A stretch of DNA of 64,000 nucleotides. It comes from the human T2T-CHM13v2.0 reference genome, Homo sapiens. The translations under genes and the position numbers were made by a program. Each line of letters begins with the position of its first letter. Positions within the stretch are counted from its first letter, which is position 1. Shown one piece after another: positions 61,546 through 64,000 of this stretch. The stretch is from assembly GCF_009914755.1 (NCBI RefSeq), contig NC_060933.1. The stretch is one strand, 5' to 3'. The notes under the pieces are model-generated. The model ran no database searches and was not told the DNA's origin. It saw nothing but the letters and a program-made list of their open reading frames with translations.

Positions 61546-62066
61546 GTGAGTCCCAAGACATGGTGAGCTTACACCTGGCCCTTCTCCTGGGGGTTCCAGG
61601 GTCAGAGTCAGCCCCACAGGTGCCCCCACCCAGAAGTTGGGATCAGATATTACAAGAGCTGTCTGATGGAGGCAGTGTCACCAGCATGGGGAGGGGCAGG
61701 CAAGGTGGGTATAAGTCCAGAGATGTTAGGGGCAAAGCTTGGTGGACTGAAGGCGTCAGAGAGCATCTGCCGGCTTTCTCTTTGTGAGAGTTGTGTAATA
61801 TACAAGTTATTATATTGGGGGTATAGTTCACACTATACAGAGGCCTTTGCCCACTGCACTCCAGCCTGGGCAATAGAGTGAGACTCTGTCTCACTGTATA
61901 ATTCAGTGGTTTCCCTATATTCTCAGGGTTGCAAAGCCATCACCACAACCAGTTTTAGGATTTTCATCATCCCAAAAACAAACCCCTGGACCCATCTGCC
62001 ATCAGCCCCCGTTTCTCCTTACCTCCCCAGCCCCTGGAACCACTATTCTACTTTCTGTCTCTATAG

Positions 62067-62351
<285 letters not shown>

Positions 62352-62636
62352 TAGTAGAGATGGGGGTTTCACTGTGTTAGCCAGGATGATCTCGATCTCC
62401 TGACCCCGTGATCCACCTGTCTCGGCCTCCCAAAGTGCTGGGATTACAGGCGTGAGCCACCGCGCCCGGCCAGCACAGTGTTTTCAAGGCTCATCCACAT
62501 TGTGGCATGGGTGAGTGCTTCACTCCTCTTACAGTTGAATAATATCCCATTGTATGGAAATGCCACATGTTGTTTATCCGTCTTCTGTTAACAGACACTT
62601 GGGTTGTTTCATCCACTGCCTTTAAGGAGCAGCTTA

Positions 62637-62948
<312 letters not shown>

Positions 62949-64000
62949 TTAAGATCCTAAAAACACAGGATCTGTGACAATTTTCTCCTTTAGCTACGCT
63001 CCAGGGACCTTAGACTTATTTTACAGATGAGAAAACATTCAGAGAAGTTAAGGAATTTCCTAAGGACACACAGCTTGGAAGCAATAAAGCCAGGATTCAA
63101 ACCCAGGCTGTCGTGACCACTCTCTTCTATGCTGTCTATATTGGGGTGACTGTACAATTTATTGTCCAAACTGAGATGCTTTCACGTGTGATAAAAGGTC
63201 CTATTGGCCAGGCACAGTGGCTCACACCTGTATTCCCAGCACTTTGGGAGGCTGAGGCATGAGGATCGTTTGAGGCAAGGAGTTACAGACCAGCTTGGGC
63301 AAGATGGTGAAACCCCCATCGCTACAAAAATAATTTTAAAAATTAGCCGGGCATGGTGGCACACACCTGTAGTCCTAGCTACTTGGAAGGCTGAGGCGAG
63401 AGGATCCCTTGAGCCTAGGAGTTTGAGGTTGCAGTGAGCTGTGATGGCACCACTGCACTCCAACCTGGACAACGGTGTAAGACTCCATCTCTTAAAAAGA
63501 AAAAAATAAGGCCCTGGCTGGGTGCAGTGGCTCACGCCTGTAATCCCAGCACTTTGGGAGGCCGAGGTGGGTGGATCGCCTGAGGACAGGAGGTCGAGAC
63601 CAGCCTGGCCAATGTGGTGAGACCCTGTCTCTACTAAAATACAAAAATTAACTGGTGCACACTTGTAATCCCAGCTACTCGGGAGGCTGAGGTAGGAGAA
63701 TCACTTGAGCCCAGGAGGGGAGGTTGCAGTGAGCTGAGATCACACCACTGCACTCTAGCCTGGGCAATAGAGTGAGACTCTGTCTCAAAAAAAAAAAAAA
63801 AAAGTCCTATTAATCCTTATGTCAGGACAACAGACACAAACTCTATGTCTCTGTGTAACAGAAACAGGGCATGGAGTACCTTTCCTGTCAGTCCTTGAAG
63901 TGCGTAACACAGAAAGGTGGAAAAGGCGTACCTGTCTTTGTGGCTGTCCTCTGTTAGGGGCAGCAGGAGGCCTGTGTAGTAGGGGGCGTAGTTCTGATCC

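Noticed and set aside
61851-61893. Isolated 43-nt Alu 3'-end fragment
   Set aside because: Ordinary truncated or deleted Alu remnant within L1; no further structure.

Overview
Human (primate) genomic DNA lying entirely inside LAMC3 (laminin subunit gamma-3, + strand). The window starts in intron 1 and ends in intron 20. I could splice 19 coding exons (exons 2-20, 3121 nt, all GT-AG, reading frame continuous). They encode the C-terminal part of the LN domain, LE repeats, the L4 domain, further LE repeats including the nidogen-binding NVDPNAV loop, and the start of the coiled coil. Exon numbering is from my recollection of the gene; exon 1 is not in the window. Introns are dense in Alu, old L1, MIR, LTR (MER21, MST, MLT1) and hAT DNA-transposon relics, and most ORFs in the supplied track are repeat artefacts. 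There are no prokaryote-type systems. The most interesting structures are: (1) an antisense retrocopy of an H/ACA snoRNA (SNORA31 family) that starts at the snoRNA 5' end but runs about 200 nt past the ACA-box position to an ATTAAA signal and poly(A), possibly a fossil of a snoRNA-capped polyadenylated RNA; (2) a decayed 99-nt copy of the nidogen-binding part of exon 14 inside a (GAT)-rich tract; (3) a 109-bp direct repeat bracketing exons 15-16, an in-frame two-LE-module cassette; (4) a perfect 3x31-bp tandem repeat that builds the exon 17 acceptor; (5) a 51/27-bp higher-order minisatellite apparently grown inside an ancient DNA transposon; (6) an unidentified retroposed mRNA 3' end. Repeat family names and repeat boundaries are from recognition by eye and are approximate.
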